Part shown: positions 1 through 12,763 of the stretch, in pieces
Layout: the number at the start of each line of letters is the position of its first letter
How positions within the stretch are numbered: the stretch's first letter is position 1
DNA from: an uncultured Spirochaetia bacterium
GTDB taxonomy: Bacteria > Oederibacteriota > PGYV01 > CAYTNY01
Reading direction: 5' to 3'
Length of the DNA stretch: 54,025 nucleotides
NCBI GenBank assembly: GCA_964439215.1
Contig: CAYTNY010000003.1
Coordinates: 1-54,025 of the forward strand
Translations under genes and position numbers: made by a program
Notes under the pieces: generated by a model
Databases searched by the model: none
What the model saw: the letters and a program-made list of their open reading frames with translations, nothing else
What the model was told of the DNA's origin: nothing

Positions 1-426
1 TTGGCGGGAATGCCGCCTGTACCTGAAGAGCCCGGACTGCAGAAGTCTAAACCGGAAACATCTGAAACACCTAAGCCGGAAAAACTAAAACTTGCGGATC
101 CGCTTGGTATGTTTGGAGATAATAATTTTACGGAAAAAAATCCTTCGCCGCCGCCGGCAGGCAGAAGTTTTAAAATACAATCAAATGCAGCAGGTTCAAA
201 TGAAGCAGGATCAAAATCTGAATCGGATACGGATAAAAATAAAGAAGTTGATACAGTATCTGAACTTCTTTCATTTGGTTCAGACAGGGATTCCGGTGAA
301 AAGAAAGATCTTCCCGGAAGCAATTTAAACGTATCCGGAGATCTTCTTGATAAGAAAAAATCTGAACCCGGTGAACTGCCGCCTCTGCCTGATCTGGAAG
401 ACGATAAAGGGACGGATATACTTTAA
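1..426 (+). CDS. Probable C-terminal part of a hypothetical protein with a Pro/acidic low-complexity tail (likely truncated by window edge)
   Basis: Open frame from base 1 to TAA at 424-426; disordered P/E/S/D/K-rich sequence; 8 nt gap to next gene. Confidence 0.6.
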   Translation: MAGMPPVPEEPGLQKSKPETSETPKPEKLKLADPLGMFGDNNFTEKNPSPPPAGRSFKIQSNAAGSNEAGSKSESDTDKNKEVDTVSELLSFGSDRDSGEKKDLPGSNLNVSGDLLDKKKSEPGELPPLPDLEDDKGTDIL

Positions 427-434
427 AGTCAAAG

Positions 435-1838
435 GTGAAAATTTTGAAAAAATTTATTGCGGCGTTGATATTGTCTTTTTTCAGTGCTGTCTGCATGGCG
501 GAAACAAAGGTTCCTTCAGAAATAAATACCAAAGAAATATGGACGGCAAAAAACGGACCGTATTTAATAGAAAATGAGGTAACAATCGGTTCACAGGGGT
601 TTGTTGCGGTCCGGCCCGGCACGGTTATAAAATTTAAAGAAAATGCCCGGTTAACAGTAAAAGGCGCTTTTCATTCCAAAGGTTCACCGAAAAATCCCGT
701 GAGACTGCTTCCTTATGACGGAAGCAGTTTTTATGAAGGAATAAAAATAGAAGGCAAATATAAAAATATCATGGAATTTACCGTCGTGATCCGGGGAGGG
801 ATAATTGTTGAAGGGGGGAATCTGATACTTAAAAGCAATTATATATTAAATTCAACCGGGGTGCAGATCTATCATTTTGCGAATGTTATTATGACTGATA
901 ATTATATGTATAACAATACATACGGTATTTATGCGGAAGGACAAAAAATACAGATGCAGATAAAAAGAAATACTTTTAACAGGAACAGATTTGCTGTTTA
1001 TCTGCAGGATCTTAAGGATATTCAGATAAATATTTCACTTAATAATTTTATAAGAAATCAGGTAAATATAACCAATTATACAGCGAATAACATTAAAGCG
1101 GAAGAAAATTTCTGGGGAACGGTTAATGAAAAAAGGATCGGTTCATATTTATTTGACAAACGTAACAATAAAAAACTTGGTATAATAGATTTTATGCCTT
1201 TTAAAAGAGCCAAACTGAAATTATATACACCGCCGCCTTCTTTTGTAAGGCTTGTTAAATATTATATCAATCTCAAAAGGCCGGATCAAATTGAACCGCA
1301 GATCGTAATTGGTTTTGGAGCGGATGGTTTTATTCCTTTTGCTCCTGAAAATATTTCATCTGAAATATCTTTTGGAGCGGGTTTTGACGCTGAACTGGGC
1401 CTGAATTTAGGACATTATGCGCTTGGGGTGGAAGGTAAAATGATTTCAGCGGAAAACAGCGGCAATGATGAATATGATATGAGTATGAACATAAATAAAC
1501 TTATGCTGAATTTTTATTATTATCTTGGATGGAAGAAAAATGTTTTTTTTATACCGTATTTTAAAGCCGGAAACGGAATAGCGCTTATAACAAGAGAATA
1601 CCGGGCGCAGGAAAATATTTTTAACGATAATACATCAAATACAAGAAAAATAAATGAATTTTCCTATACAGCGGGCGCAGGCGCGGGTTTTGAGATTTAT
1701 CCCAGGCCCTATTTTTCGGTCCGAACAGAAGCGGTTTATAATGTAATGTTTACAGACAGTGGAATGCTGCAGTCCGCACAGGCCGTAATAACCGGAAATG
1801 TTCATTTTAATATTCCCTTTTTTATAGGTGAAAGGTGA
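435..1838 (+). CDS. Secreted protein: right-handed beta-helix repeats plus C-terminal outer-membrane beta-barrel-like domain
   Basis: Signal peptide (MKILKKFIAALILSFFSAVCMA); W-T-x-x-x-G-P-Y..PGTVIKF motif, Asn-rich repeats and A-x-x-N-F-W-G; C-terminal alternating beta strands (PYFKAGNG, YTAGAGAGFE). Confidence 0.6.
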   Translation: MKILKKFIAALILSFFSAVCMAETKVPSEINTKEIWTAKNGPYLIENEVTIGSQGFVAVRPGTVIKFKENARLTVKGAFHSKGSPKNPVRLLPYDGSSFYEGIKIEGKYKNIMEFTVVIRGGIIVEGGNLILKSNYILNSTGVQIYHFANVIMTDNYMYNNTYGIYAEGQKIQMQIKRNTFNRNRFAVYLQDLKDIQINISLNNFIRNQVNITNYTANNIKAEENFWGTVNEKRIGSYLFDKRNNKKLGIIDFMPFKRAKLKLYTPPPSFVRLVKYYINLKRPDQIEPQIVIGFGADGFIPFAPENISSEISFGAGFDAELGLNLGHYALGVEGKMISAENSGNDEYDMSMNINKLMLNFYYYLGWKKNVFFIPYFKAGNGIALITREYRAQENIFNDNTSNTRKINEFSYTAGAGAGFEIYPRPYFSVRTEAVYNVMFTDSGMLQSAQAVITGNVHFNIPFFIGER

Positions 1839-1848
1839 GGATAAGCAA

Positions 1849-2129
1849 ATGGAACAGATCAAAAATATTGTTGATAATTTTATAAAAAAAACAGGAATAG
1901 ACGCGGAAGCAGAAGCGGATTTTATATTTGAAAACTGGGAAAAAATAGCCGGAAAAGAGTTTAAAAAAGGCACAAAACCCTTTAAATACAGCCATAATAA
2001 GCTGTTTATTTATGCGGATAATAGTGTTATACTGTCTGAAATACGCTATAAAAAAAAAGATATAATAAATAATATTAATGCGGTATTTAAAGAAGAAAAA
2101 GTAAAGGATATAATTTTCAGGATAAAAAA

Positions 2130-2133
<4 letters not shown>
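1849..2133 (+). CDS. dciA: DciA/DUF721 family protein
   Basis: W-E-K-I-A-G..T-K-P..L-F-I-Y-A-D-N-S..E-I-R-Y-K-K-K-D-I-I-N-N-I-N pattern; usual position upstream of gyrB; ATG 1849 follows GAGGA. Confidence 0.75.
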
Positions 2134-4963
<2,830 letters not shown>

Positions 4964-5002
4964 CAAACATTGTCTGCGAAACGGCATTTTTAGGAGAATG
5001 TT

Positions 5003-5665
5003 ATGACTCAAAAAGAAATAGTGGATTTTTTACAGAAAAGCTATCTTTTTTCGGAAGTTTCAAAAAAAGGGCTTCTGATGATTGTTAAATATGTCAGGGA
5101 AAATCATTATAAAAAAGGGGAAATTATTTTTAACGAAGGGGATACCGGAGATTCGCTTCATATTATTACCGGCGGGAAAGTAAAAATAATCAAGTATTCA
5201 AAAGAAGGAAAAACAAAAACACTTGCGGTTTTAAAGGAAAAAGACAGTTTTGGTGAAATGGCGGTTCTTACAAAAGAGGCGCGCTCTGCTACCGTGGAAG
5301 TTCTTGAAAAAGCGGAAACTTTAAGCATAACAAAATCTGATTTTGAATATATAATCAGAAAAGAACCGGTAATATCTCTTCAGATAATAAAAACCCTGTC
5401 TGAACGCCTTGCTAAAGCGGACAGAGAAATAAAAATACTGGCGCTTGGCGATGCTAAAACAAAAGTAGCGTATGTAATAAGGGATTTTGAAAAAGATTTT
5501 GAAAAGGCAAGGTTCACGCATCAGGAAATTGCGGAGCTTGCGGGCCTGACAAGAGAAACAACAACAAGAGTTTTAAAACAAATGGAAAAAGACGGAATAA
5601 TAGGCGTTGAAAAAAGAAAAATAAAAATAATAAATATGAATTATTTAAAGAAACTCTGCATGTAG
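5003..5665 (+). CDS. Crp/Fnr family transcriptional regulator (cNMP-binding)
   Basis: FGEMAVL..RSAT phosphate-binding cassette; HTH THQEIAELAGLTRETTTRVL. Confidence 0.93.
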   Translation: MTQKEIVDFLQKSYLFSEVSKKGLLMIVKYVRENHYKKGEIIFNEGDTGDSLHIITGGKVKIIKYSKEGKTKTLAVLKEKDSFGEMAVLTKEARSATVEVLEKAETLSITKSDFEYIIRKEPVISLQIIKTLSERLAKADREIKILALGDAKTKVAYVIRDFEKDFEKARFTHQEIAELAGLTRETTTRVLKQMEKDGIIGVEKRKIKIINMNYLKKLCM

Positions 5666-5685
5666 GCACGCTTAAAGGAGATATC

Positions 5686-6336
5686 ATGGAATTTAAAGCC
5701 GCAATATTTGATGTTGATGGTGTTATAGTGGACACCGCGCATATTCATCATAAATCCTGGAGAGAAGTTCTGAAAAAATACGGCGTAAATTTTACATTTG
5801 AAGATTTTAAATCCACTATTGACGGAATGCCGAGGCCAAAAGGCGCAAAAAAAATACTTCCTTTATTTAAACCAAAAGATATTGACAGAATATGCAGGGA
5901 AAAACAGGAATATTTTGATATTTTTCTTTCAAAAGACAGAGTAAAGGTTTTTAAAAGTACGGTAAATATGATAAAAAAGCTGAAAAAATACGGTATCAAA
6001 ACAGCTATGGCATCATCAAGCAAAAATGCCGAAAAAATCCTGAAAAAAGAAGGCATATACAGTCTTTTTGACGCGGATGCGCGCGGCGCATATGTAAAAA
6101 AAGGCAAACCTTACCCTGATATTTTTCTTAAAGCGGCAAAAATGCTGAAAGTAAAACCTTATGAATGTGTTGTTTTTGAAGATGCCCAGTCAGGTGTTAC
6201 TGCCGCGAAAAAAGCAGGGATGAAATGTGTGGGTATATCCCGCACCGGAGAATTAAAAGACACGGATATAACAATAGGCGATATGCGGAGTATGAATATA
6301 TTGAAGCTGCAGCAGCTTTTTAAAGGGGGAAGATGA
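5686..6336 (+). CDS. HAD-family phosphatase, beta-phosphoglucomutase-like
   Basis: FDVDGVIVDTA, ASSSKNA, GKPYPDIF, FEDAQSG motifs. Confidence 0.88.
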   Translation: MEFKAAIFDVDGVIVDTAHIHHKSWREVLKKYGVNFTFEDFKSTIDGMPRPKGAKKILPLFKPKDIDRICREKQEYFDIFLSKDRVKVFKSTVNMIKKLKKYGIKTAMASSSKNAEKILKKEGIYSLFDADARGAYVKKGKPYPDIFLKAAKMLKVKPYECVVFEDAQSGVTAAKKAGMKCVGISRTGELKDTDITIGDMRSMNILKLQQLFKGGR

Positions 6337-7403
6337 TGAAAAGAAAAAAAAGAAACCCTTTAAAATGGATGGGATTTTTAAGCGCGGCAGCGGGTATTTT
6401 AATCGCCTTTAGTTTTATGCCTGTTTATGAATTTACTCTTTATATGGTCAGGGAATACCTTAATGCGGGGCCCTATTCCGAAATAACGGTAAAAGTTATG
6501 CTTGGAATTTTTTATTTTGCGGTTTTGATTTATATGTCTTCAATGATAATGCTTAATGAATTTACCCGGAATTTTTATAATGATCTTCTTAAGGAATTCA
6601 GAAAAAAAGAGCTCCTGCCCGGCGGATATAAGATACTGAAGGGATCCAAAATAAAAAAAAGATATACGGGCATAATGGACGTAATGGATATATTTATAAA
6701 AAAATTTTTTGAAGTAAAAAAAGAAAAAGAAAAATTCTCAAAGATTATAGCAACACATCTTGATCCTTCATTAAGAAGAGAATTGGAGGACCGGGGTATA
6801 AATGAAATATATATAGGAAGCAGAAAAAAAACAGCAGCAATATTTTTTTCCGATATCAGGGGATTTACAAGTTTTACGGAAACAAATAAACCCGAAAATG
6901 TGGAAAAAGTACTCAACGATTATTTTACATTTACCACAGATATTATAAATAAAAACTGCGGAAGGGTTAATAAATACATAGGCGATGCGGTATTGGCGGT
7001 TTTTGAAGGAGCGGCAAAATATAAAGAAAGCAATGAATCGGATAAAGCCGTTATAGCATCTCTTGATATACAGACGCAGTGGGGGATGTATATCAAGAAA
7101 TGGAAGGAAACAATTGATCCGGATATAAAAATAGGACTCGGCATAGGTATCGCATGGGGGGAAATAATAACAGGCAATATGGGTTCGGAAGAAAGAATAG
7201 AATATACGGTAATAGGCGACGCGGTTAATTTTGCAAGCAGATTATGTTCAAAAGCACTGGACGGGCAGATAATAATACCTGACAGTGTTTATTTTAAAGT
7301 AAAAGAGTTTGTGGATGTTGAACCGCTGCCGCCTGTTGAAGTTAAAGGCAAGCAGGGAGTTTTTGACATATATCACGTAAAAACAAGAAGAATGCTGGCT
7401 TAA
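6333..7403 (+). CDS. Membrane-anchored class III adenylate cyclase
   Basis: Two N-terminal TM segments; FSDIRGFT, KYIGDAV (ATP-selecting Lys), YTVIGDAVNFASRL, VKGK. Confidence 0.92.
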   Translation: MMKRKKRNPLKWMGFLSAAAGILIAFSFMPVYEFTLYMVREYLNAGPYSEITVKVMLGIFYFAVLIYMSSMIMLNEFTRNFYNDLLKEFRKKELLPGGYKILKGSKIKKRYTGIMDVMDIFIKKFFEVKKEKEKFSKIIATHLDPSLRRELEDRGINEIYIGSRKKTAAIFFSDIRGFTSFTETNKPENVEKVLNDYFTFTTDIINKNCGRVNKYIGDAVLAVFEGAAKYKESNESDKAVIASLDIQTQWGMYIKKWKETIDPDIKIGLGIGIAWGEIITGNMGSEERIEYTVIGDAVNFASRLCSKALDGQIIIPDSVYFKVKEFVDVEPLPPVEVKGKQGVFDIYHVKTRRMLA

Positions 7404-7435
7404 TTAATCCGGAATTTACGGGCACGGAGGCATAA

Positions 7436-8119
7436 ATGAATAAAACAGCATACAGAACCATACAGATCATTGCGGTTGTACTTTTTATTTTATGGAGCGG
7501 GTGGTCCATTGGCGCGTTAAATGCAAAATATGAATATAAGGTTGAAAAAAAAGAAATACCTTTTGATATTAAAATACAAACCAGTGATTATATCCGGAAA
7601 GGCTGGACCGTATGGCTGGAAGATGGGAAAAAAGGATATAAAAATCAGGTAAAAGAGATATTATATATAGGGAGTATTCCCATAAAACAGAACCTTTTTT
7701 ATGAAACAGAAGCTATTGTACACCCTAAAAAAGGCTTTGTTTTACAGGGAACTTCAGAGAAAAATTATCCGATAACAGTGCCTGAAAATACTTATGTTCA
7801 TTATATACACGATATGGAAGCTACGGCTTATGATCCTTCACCTGAATCAAATTCACCGCAATGGGCGGGCATTACATCTCTGGGATGGCGGACAAGATAC
7901 GGAATAGCGGCTGTTGATCCGCGGATAATATCAATGAGGTCCCTTATCTTTGTTGAAGGCTACGGGTTTGCATGGACCGGTGATATAGGAGGGGATATTA
8001 AAGGCCGAAGAATAGACCTATGCTATAATACCACTCAGGAAGCTTTAAATTGGGGAAGAAGAAAAGTTAAAGTCTATGTTCTGGGAAAAAGGCCCTTAAG
8101 TTATTACAGGAAAAAATAA
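7436..8119 (+). CDS. 3D-domain (MltA-like/YabE-like) protein with probable G5-like region
   Basis: ATAY..AAVDPRII..VEGYG..GDIGGDIKGRRIDL; N-terminal TM/signal. Confidence 0.85.
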   Translation: MNKTAYRTIQIIAVVLFILWSGWSIGALNAKYEYKVEKKEIPFDIKIQTSDYIRKGWTVWLEDGKKGYKNQVKEILYIGSIPIKQNLFYETEAIVHPKKGFVLQGTSEKNYPITVPENTYVHYIHDMEATAYDPSPESNSPQWAGITSLGWRTRYGIAAVDPRIISMRSLIFVEGYGFAWTGDIGGDIKGRRIDLCYNTTQEALNWGRRKVKVYVLGKRPLSYYRKK

Positions 8120-8133
8120 AAAAGGCCGGGTTT

Positions 8134-9972
8134 ATGAAAAAAATTATAACAAGTTTTTTTATGGTGCTGTTGCCGGGGGCTGCTTTAGCGGTATGGATAT
8201 ATTTTGCCGCACAGAATACAGTAAGTGAAACCGGAACAAAAAGCAAAATTTTTGTAATAGCAGTTTTTTTATTTTTATATGCAGCAGTATGGTTTTTGAT
8301 GTCGCATATATATTCCCGGGTAATGAAAACACCTCTGAAAATTCAGTTAAAAGAAAATTCTCTGTTATTCTGCATACCGCCGGCTGTTTCTTTATTAATA
8401 ATTCCTTTATATTTAAGATATTATGAACAGATTAAGGCATATAATTTTGAAGTTCTGGGGAATATATACCTGCCGCTTAAATATTATATTCTTGTAAATA
8501 CCGCGGGATATTTTTCTCTGACAATAATAGGTGCTGTTATTACAGTTATAGGCATCATTCTTTTTATTAAGTTTCACATGTATTTAATCCCCCGCATAAA
8601 AAAAACGGATTTAAAGAAGGCCGGAGGACATATATTTTTATCAGTATTTATTTTATATTCCGCGGTTTCTTTATATAATACACTTATATATCCGCCCACC
8701 GGAGATGAACCGCACCATCTGCTTATAATGAAAAGTCTGACAAAAGACGGGGATGTAAATCTGGAAAATGATCTGAAAACCGAAAAAAGTTATTCTGAAT
8801 TTTATCCCGCGGAAATGCCCTGCAGGGACAGCCATAATAATCCCGGAAAAGACGGAAAAGGTATTTATTCCAAGCACGGAATAGGGCTGCCTGTTGTTAT
8901 AATTCCTTCTTATGTATTAGGCGGCAGATATGGAGTTCAGTTATTTATGGCAGCCATAAGCGCATTATGTGTATGGGCGTTTTTTGCAATGGCGGTCAGC
9001 ACGGGAATTTCCGGAAAAATATCAGCCGCGGCTGCTGCACTGGCGGCTCTGACAGTACCTGTATTTGTTAATTCATCTTTAGTGCTTACTGAAATGCCGG
9101 CTGCTTTTTTTATGTGCATAGCAGTTATGTTTATTTTCAATAACAGGAACAATGAGTTTATGAATGAAAAAACCATGAAATTTATTATCTTTACAGGCAT
9201 TGCCTTTTTTCCATGGCTCCATATAAAATTTATTTTTCTTGCTGCAGCCATTTATGCCGCATATTACATAAAAAAAGCAATACATGGAAAAATAAATTTT
9301 AAAGAAGAAATATTTTATAATTCCATAATAATTATTTCTGCGTCTGTTTTTATATATGTAAAATATGCAATATACGGAAAATTTGCGGCTGCAGCGGTAA
9401 CCGATGCCGCTGTAAGCAGTGATTATTATTTTATTTTCAGTCTGAAAAATATGATACATTCTTTTTTTGCAATATTATATGACAGAAATTTTGGAATTAT
9501 ACTATATAATCCGGCCATGATATTTTCTTTATGGGGAATAATGTTTGCGGCAGGCAGAAAAAATTATAAAATGCTTATACCGCTGTTTATTGCAGTGCCA
9601 TACAGTATGCTTTATTTATTCTGGAACGACTGGACCGGCTCCATGACACCGGGCAGGCAGTATGTACCGGTTATTTTTCTGTTTTTTCTGTATACTGCCT
9701 ATCTGATGGAAAATACGGAGATCCATAAAAAAGTATGGTTTAAAGCTGTTTCCGGCGTGTCTGTTTTATCGGCGTTTATACTTATGGCGGTGCCGGCGCT
9801 GCGTTATACCAGCGCCAAAGAAAAAATATTTTCTGTTTTAGAGAAATATGCGGGGGAATTATTGTTTATTTTTCCCGATTTTCATGATATCATTGTCACT
9901 AATTACATTAAAGCGTTAATATATACGGTTTTAATTATAAGTTGCTATTTTTATGCAGTGAAAAAAAGGTGA
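8134..9972 (+). CDS. Polytopic membrane protein, putative GT-C fold glycosyltransferase
   Basis: More than 12 hydrophobic segments; PTGDEPHHL acidic loop motif; paralog at 47178-48869; next to a GT2 gene. Confidence 0.6.
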   Translation: MKKIITSFFMVLLPGAALAVWIYFAAQNTVSETGTKSKIFVIAVFLFLYAAVWFLMSHIYSRVMKTPLKIQLKENSLLFCIPPAVSLLIIPLYLRYYEQIKAYNFEVLGNIYLPLKYYILVNTAGYFSLTIIGAVITVIGIILFIKFHMYLIPRIKKTDLKKAGGHIFLSVFILYSAVSLYNTLIYPPTGDEPHHLLIMKSLTKDGDVNLENDLKTEKSYSEFYPAEMPCRDSHNNPGKDGKGIYSKHGIGLPVVIIPSYVLGGRYGVQLFMAAISALCVWAFFAMAVSTGISGKISAAAAALAALTVPVFVNSSLVLTEMPAAFFMCIAVMFIFNNRNNEFMNEKTMKFIIFTGIAFFPWLHIKFIFLAAAIYAAYYIKKAIHGKINFKEEIFYNSIIIISASVFIYVKYAIYGKFAAAAVTDAAVSSDYYFIFSLKNMIHSFFAILYDRNFGIILYNPAMIFSLWGIMFAAGRKNYKMLIPLFIAVPYSMLYLFWNDWTGSMTPGRQYVPVIFLFFLYTAYLMENTEIHKKVWFKAVSGVSVLSAFILMAVPALRYTSAKEKIFSVLEKYAGELLFIFPDFHDIIVTNYIKALIYTVLIISCYFYAVKKR

Positions 9973-9976
9973 ATTT

Positions 9977-10693
9977 ATGGGAACACCCGAAAAAAAGATA
10001 AAAATTCTTTCAATACTTATACCGGTTTATAATGAAAAGAATACTATAGAAAAAATAATCAATAAAGTTTTAAAAGCAAAAACACCGGGTATAAAAAAAC
10101 AGATTATAATAGTGGATGACTGTTCAACAGACGGAACTGCAGATATATTAAAAAGAATAAAGAAAACACACAGAAGTATAAAAATTATATACAAGAAAAA
10201 AAATGAAGGCAAAGGCTCCGCTGTCAGGGCAGGGATACCTCATTTAAGAGGAGATTTTACTATATGGCAGGATGCGGATCTTGAATATGATCCGAATGAA
10301 TATATGCTGCTTTTAAGGCCTTTGCTCCATGCTGACGCTGATGCTGTTTACGGGTCCAGATTTCTCGGCACTCACAGAGCATTTTTGTTCTGGAATTACG
10401 CCGCAAATAAAATACTTAATTTTATCACGAATATTTTTTATGATTCCATACTTACAGATATGGAAACCTGTTACAAGATGTTTAAAACCGAAGTACTTAA
10501 TGAGATAAACCTGAAATCAAACGGATTTGATATAGAACCTGAATTTACGGCAAAACTGCTTAAAAGAAAAAAAAGAATTTATGAGGTTCCTATAAGTTAT
10601 TACGGAAGAAATTATGATGAAGGCAAAAAAATAAGAGCCAAAGACGGTTTTATAGCACTATGGACGCTTTTTAAATACAGATTCAGCGAATAA
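9977..10693 (+). CDS. GT2 glycosyltransferase, polyprenol-phosphate sugar synthase (DPM1-like)
   Basis: IPVYNE, VDDCSTDGT, GKGSAVR, QDADLEYDP, VYGSRF, TDMETCYK. Confidence 0.9.
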   Translation: MGTPEKKIKILSILIPVYNEKNTIEKIINKVLKAKTPGIKKQIIIVDDCSTDGTADILKRIKKTHRSIKIIYKKKNEGKGSAVRAGIPHLRGDFTIWQDADLEYDPNEYMLLLRPLLHADADAVYGSRFLGTHRAFLFWNYAANKILNFITNIFYDSILTDMETCYKMFKTEVLNEINLKSNGFDIEPEFTAKLLKRKKRIYEVPISYYGRNYDEGKKIRAKDGFIALWTLFKYRFSE

Positions 10694-10703
10694 ATAAAAA
10701 TAA

Positions 10704-10978
10704 GGCCATACCCGGGGCGGGGAGCTAGCGGTGCCCTGTAACCGGCAATCCGCTTTAGCCGGGCTTAAATTTTTTTGAGGGTATTAAGCCGGGGGACTCG
10801 GAGATTTTTTGCGGTGTTGATGTCCGGGTCCGGTGCGCTCTTGGTCCTTGAACCCCGTCAGGTCCGGAAGGAAGCAGCGGTAAGAGAATACTAAAGAGGT
10901 GTTATCGGACAGCCTGTACGGAGCCGTAAAAGTTTTTGGAGCCCGGTTTGATATTCAAGAAAAAATGCGGGTATGGCT
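10704..10978 (+). ncRNA. ffs: Signal recognition particle RNA, large Alu-domain type
   Basis: Helix-8 motif GTCAGGTCCGGAAGGAAGCAGC at 10857-10878; 5' Alu-like GGGGAGCTAGCGGTGCCCTGTAACC; terminal helix GCCATACCCG (10705-14) pairs with CGGGTATGGC (10968-77); upstream of dnaX as in Bacillus. Confidence 0.93.
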
Positions 10979-11035
10979 GCAAAATTTAAACTGCTGCAGT
11001 GCAGCAAAAAATAATAAGTAAAAGAAAGGATCTTA

Positions 11036-12751
11036 ATGTCAAAAGAATATATGGTATTTACAAGAAAACACAGGCCTCAGAATTTTGATGATATAATGGG
11101 TCAGGGCCAGGTTGCCCTGCCTTTAAAACGCGCCATAGAGCAGGGAAGAATAATGCAGGCATATCTGTTTTCCGGGCCGCGCGGTGTGGGGAAAACCACT
11201 ACAGCGAGAGTTTTTGCAAAGGCTGTTAACTGTGAAAACGGGCCCGCGTCCAATCCCTGCAATAAATGCAGTATGTGTACAGAGATTACACAGGGAAATT
11301 CTATGGATGTTATAGAAATAGACGGAGCGTCAAACAGAGGTATTGACAGAATAAGAGAACTGCGTGAACAGGTTAATTTCGGCGCAGCACGCAGCAGATA
11401 TAAAATATATATTATAGATGAAGTTCATATGCTTACAACAGAGGCTTTTAATGCTCTTTTAAAAACACTTGAAGAACCTCCGAAGCATGTTATTTTTATA
11501 TTTGCGACAACAGATCCGCAGAATATACCCCAGACTATTCTTTCAAGATGCCAGCATTTCAGATTTAAACGCGCGGCCATCAAGACCATTACTTCAAATT
11601 TATCAATGATAGCCGCAAAAGAGGATATAAAAGCGGAGGAGGAGGCGCTTTATCTTATAGCGCGCGCCGCTGACGGAGCGTTAAGGGACGGGCAGAGGAT
11701 ATTTGACCAGGCTATAACTTATTCAAAAGGGGAAAACCTTACAGCCGCGGCAGTAAGTGAAATGCTTGGTGAAATTGAAATGGAAAGGCTTTTGCTGCTG
11801 GCGGATGCCATAATAGAAAAAAATCTATCCGGCGCCATAAGAATAACAGAAGCCGTATTTGAAGCGGGATATGATCTGAAAAATTTTGTAAGGGAATTTG
11901 CGGAAGTTTTCAGAAATATTCTTATTATTAAAACAGTAAACGGCAGAGAAGCCGTAAATACAGCGGAAGAAGATTTTGAAAAAATGAAAGCAATAAGCAG
12001 AAAAGCTTCAAAAGAAGAATTTTTATATATACTTGAAAAAATTGTGGAGCTTGAAGTAAAAATAGCAAGAAGTCATATTCCGGATATTGTTATTGAAACA
12101 TTTATAGCAAATTCCGTTCTTGCTCTGGAGGGTGAAATAAAAAACAGCTCTCCCGGGACAAAGAAAAAAGAAATACCGGCGCCCGCGCCGCCTGCGCCGC
12201 CCGCGGAAAAAAAAGAAAATACCGCTCCGCAGCAGCCCGCGGAAGAAAAGAGATCCGTAAACAACACAGAAGCAGGGACCGGACAAAAAGAAAACACTGA
12301 ATTAAGCAGTGACTCAAAAAAGTCAGGAATGCTTGTGGCTGATGAAATTGCCGAAAAAAAAGAGATAAAAACACTCACAAAAGAGATAATAGAAAAAAGA
12401 TGGGATGATGTAAAAGAAAGAGGACAGGCAAATCCTGAGTATGAAGAAATATCAGGAGCACTTGATAATTCAGGAATTGTTTCTTATGATAACGGAATAC
12501 TTATAATAATAGCGGAAAACAGTTTTAAGGCCGAAAGGCTCAGAAAACAGCCGGACAAAGTTTCACGTCTGGTAAAAGAGGAATTTTCAAAAGATATACG
12601 GTGTATAATATATGAAAAAGATGAATATAGAAGAAAATACAAGGTTGAAAAAGATGTTGATCAGGAAGAAGCAATGAATCATAAAGTTGTGCAGGGGCTC
12701 GCGAAAATTTTCGGCGTAACAAAAGTGGAAGTAAAAAAAGAAAAAAAGTGA
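11036..12751 (+). CDS. dnaX: DNA polymerase III subunit gamma/tau
   Basis: RKHRPQNF, GPRGVGKTT, Zn-binding Cys cluster, EIDGASNRG, IDEVHML, SRC; Pro-rich linker. Confidence 0.97.
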   Translation: MSKEYMVFTRKHRPQNFDDIMGQGQVALPLKRAIEQGRIMQAYLFSGPRGVGKTTTARVFAKAVNCENGPASNPCNKCSMCTEITQGNSMDVIEIDGASNRGIDRIRELREQVNFGAARSRYKIYIIDEVHMLTTEAFNALLKTLEEPPKHVIFIFATTDPQNIPQTILSRCQHFRFKRAAIKTITSNLSMIAAKEDIKAEEEALYLIARAADGALRDGQRIFDQAITYSKGENLTAAAVSEMLGEIEMERLLLLADAIIEKNLSGAIRITEAVFEAGYDLKNFVREFAEVFRNILIIKTVNGREAVNTAEEDFEKMKAISRKASKEEFLYILEKIVELEVKIARSHIPDIVIETFIANSVLALEGEIKNSSPGTKKKEIPAPAPPAPPAEKKENTAPQQPAEEKRSVNNTEAGTGQKENTELSSDSKKSGMLVADEIAEKKEIKTLTKEIIEKRWDDVKERGQANPEYEEISGALDNSGIVSYDNGILIIIAENSFKAERLRKQPDKVSRLVKEEFSKDIRCIIYEKDEYRRKYKVEKDVDQEEAMNHKVVQGLAKIFGVTKVEVKKEKK

Positions 12752-12763
12752 AAGGAGAATAAA

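Noticed and set aside
10992-11006. TGCTGCA-G-TGCAGCA palindrome after the SRP RNA
   Set aside because: No U-tract on the + strand; cannot call it a terminator or operator
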